From: Octopus sinensis
Taxonomy: Eukaryota
Assembly (NCBI RefSeq): GCF_006345805.1
Contig: NC_043010.1
Location: 17,980,001 to 18,044,000 of the forward strand
Reading direction: 5' to 3'
Length of the DNA stretch: 64,000 bases
Shown here one piece after another: positions 63,579-64,000 of the stretch. The notes under the pieces are model-generated. The model saw only the letters and a program-made list of their open reading frames with translations, ran no database searches and was not told the DNA's origin. How positions within the stretch are numbered: position 1 is the stretch's first letter; the number at the start of each line of letters is the position of its first letter. Position numbers and translations under genes: made by a program.

Positions 63579-64000
63579 CCCGTTTGTGTGTGTGTGTGTG
63601 TGTGTTTATGTATAGCCCCAAGACATTACTTTTCGCAGCACTGGACTGGCTTGTATAAGTTGATCTGATTTCCAGTAGACATCACCAAGACTTTGATGAA
63701 ACCAAATATCTTGGTTTCCAAATCAACAGGAAAGCTAATCCTGTTGGAATTAACTGTGGCCTTGAGAAGATGCAAGACATTTAGAGAATGTAATGCTAGG
63801 ATTTGGTGATGGTAGAGAATGAGGTGTTTGGCAGTGGAGGCTAGTAGTTGAGGGCTTGCAGGTTACACTGTGAGTAAGGCTTATGGGACTTAAGGCATTA
63901 TAGGGGCAAGCAGAAGAGCGATCAAGCAAAGTGTAGAGGCTGCTGCGAAAATATCTAGATGGGCTGGGGTGAAAAGAGGTGACCAATAGGGCTAGTAAAA

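Noticed and set aside
60034-64000. Further LMAN1 exons
   Set aside because: No ORF with the expected next lectin-domain motifs; exon 2 is presumably beyond the window.
63750-64000. Purine-rich stretch, as also at 21960-22480, 27400-27990 and 29990-30300, as LINE coding relics
   Set aside because: Composition suggests decayed LINEs, but no diagnostic motif could be read, so these were not annotated.

Overview
AT-rich, repeat-dense metazoan genomic DNA. The SINE, RTE-tail and microsatellite inventory points to an octopus or other coleoid cephalopod (inference from repeat recognition; no search was run). Two host genes are supported on the + strand. (1) An ankyrin-repeat/SOCS-box (ASB-type) gene with coding exons 41186-41416, 42375-42616 and 44985-45480; they splice in frame to 322 aa. 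(2) The first coding exon of LMAN1/ERGIC-53 (about 59796-60033); its other exons were not found in the window. Orphan exon-like segments lie at 15051-15194 (+) and 21230-21272 (-). The rest is mostly transposon debris: DD37D maT-type Tc1/mariner copies, CR1, RTE, R4/Dong and Penelope-like (PLE) retroelement relics, three tRNA-type SINE families, hAT, piggyBac and Merlin/MULE-like MITEs, and microsatellites. The most interesting unexplained layer is RNA-structural. There are several minimal hammerhead-ribozyme motifs: one with an intact core about 400 bp upstream of LMAN1 and several decayed ones in and around the ASB gene. There are also at least seven long fold-back palindromes, two of which keep only the 3' half of a hammerhead. 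Together with PLE RT and GIY-YIG relics these suggest a PLE/retrozyme-like system. Most short ORFs in the supplied track are microsatellite or repeat artefacts.
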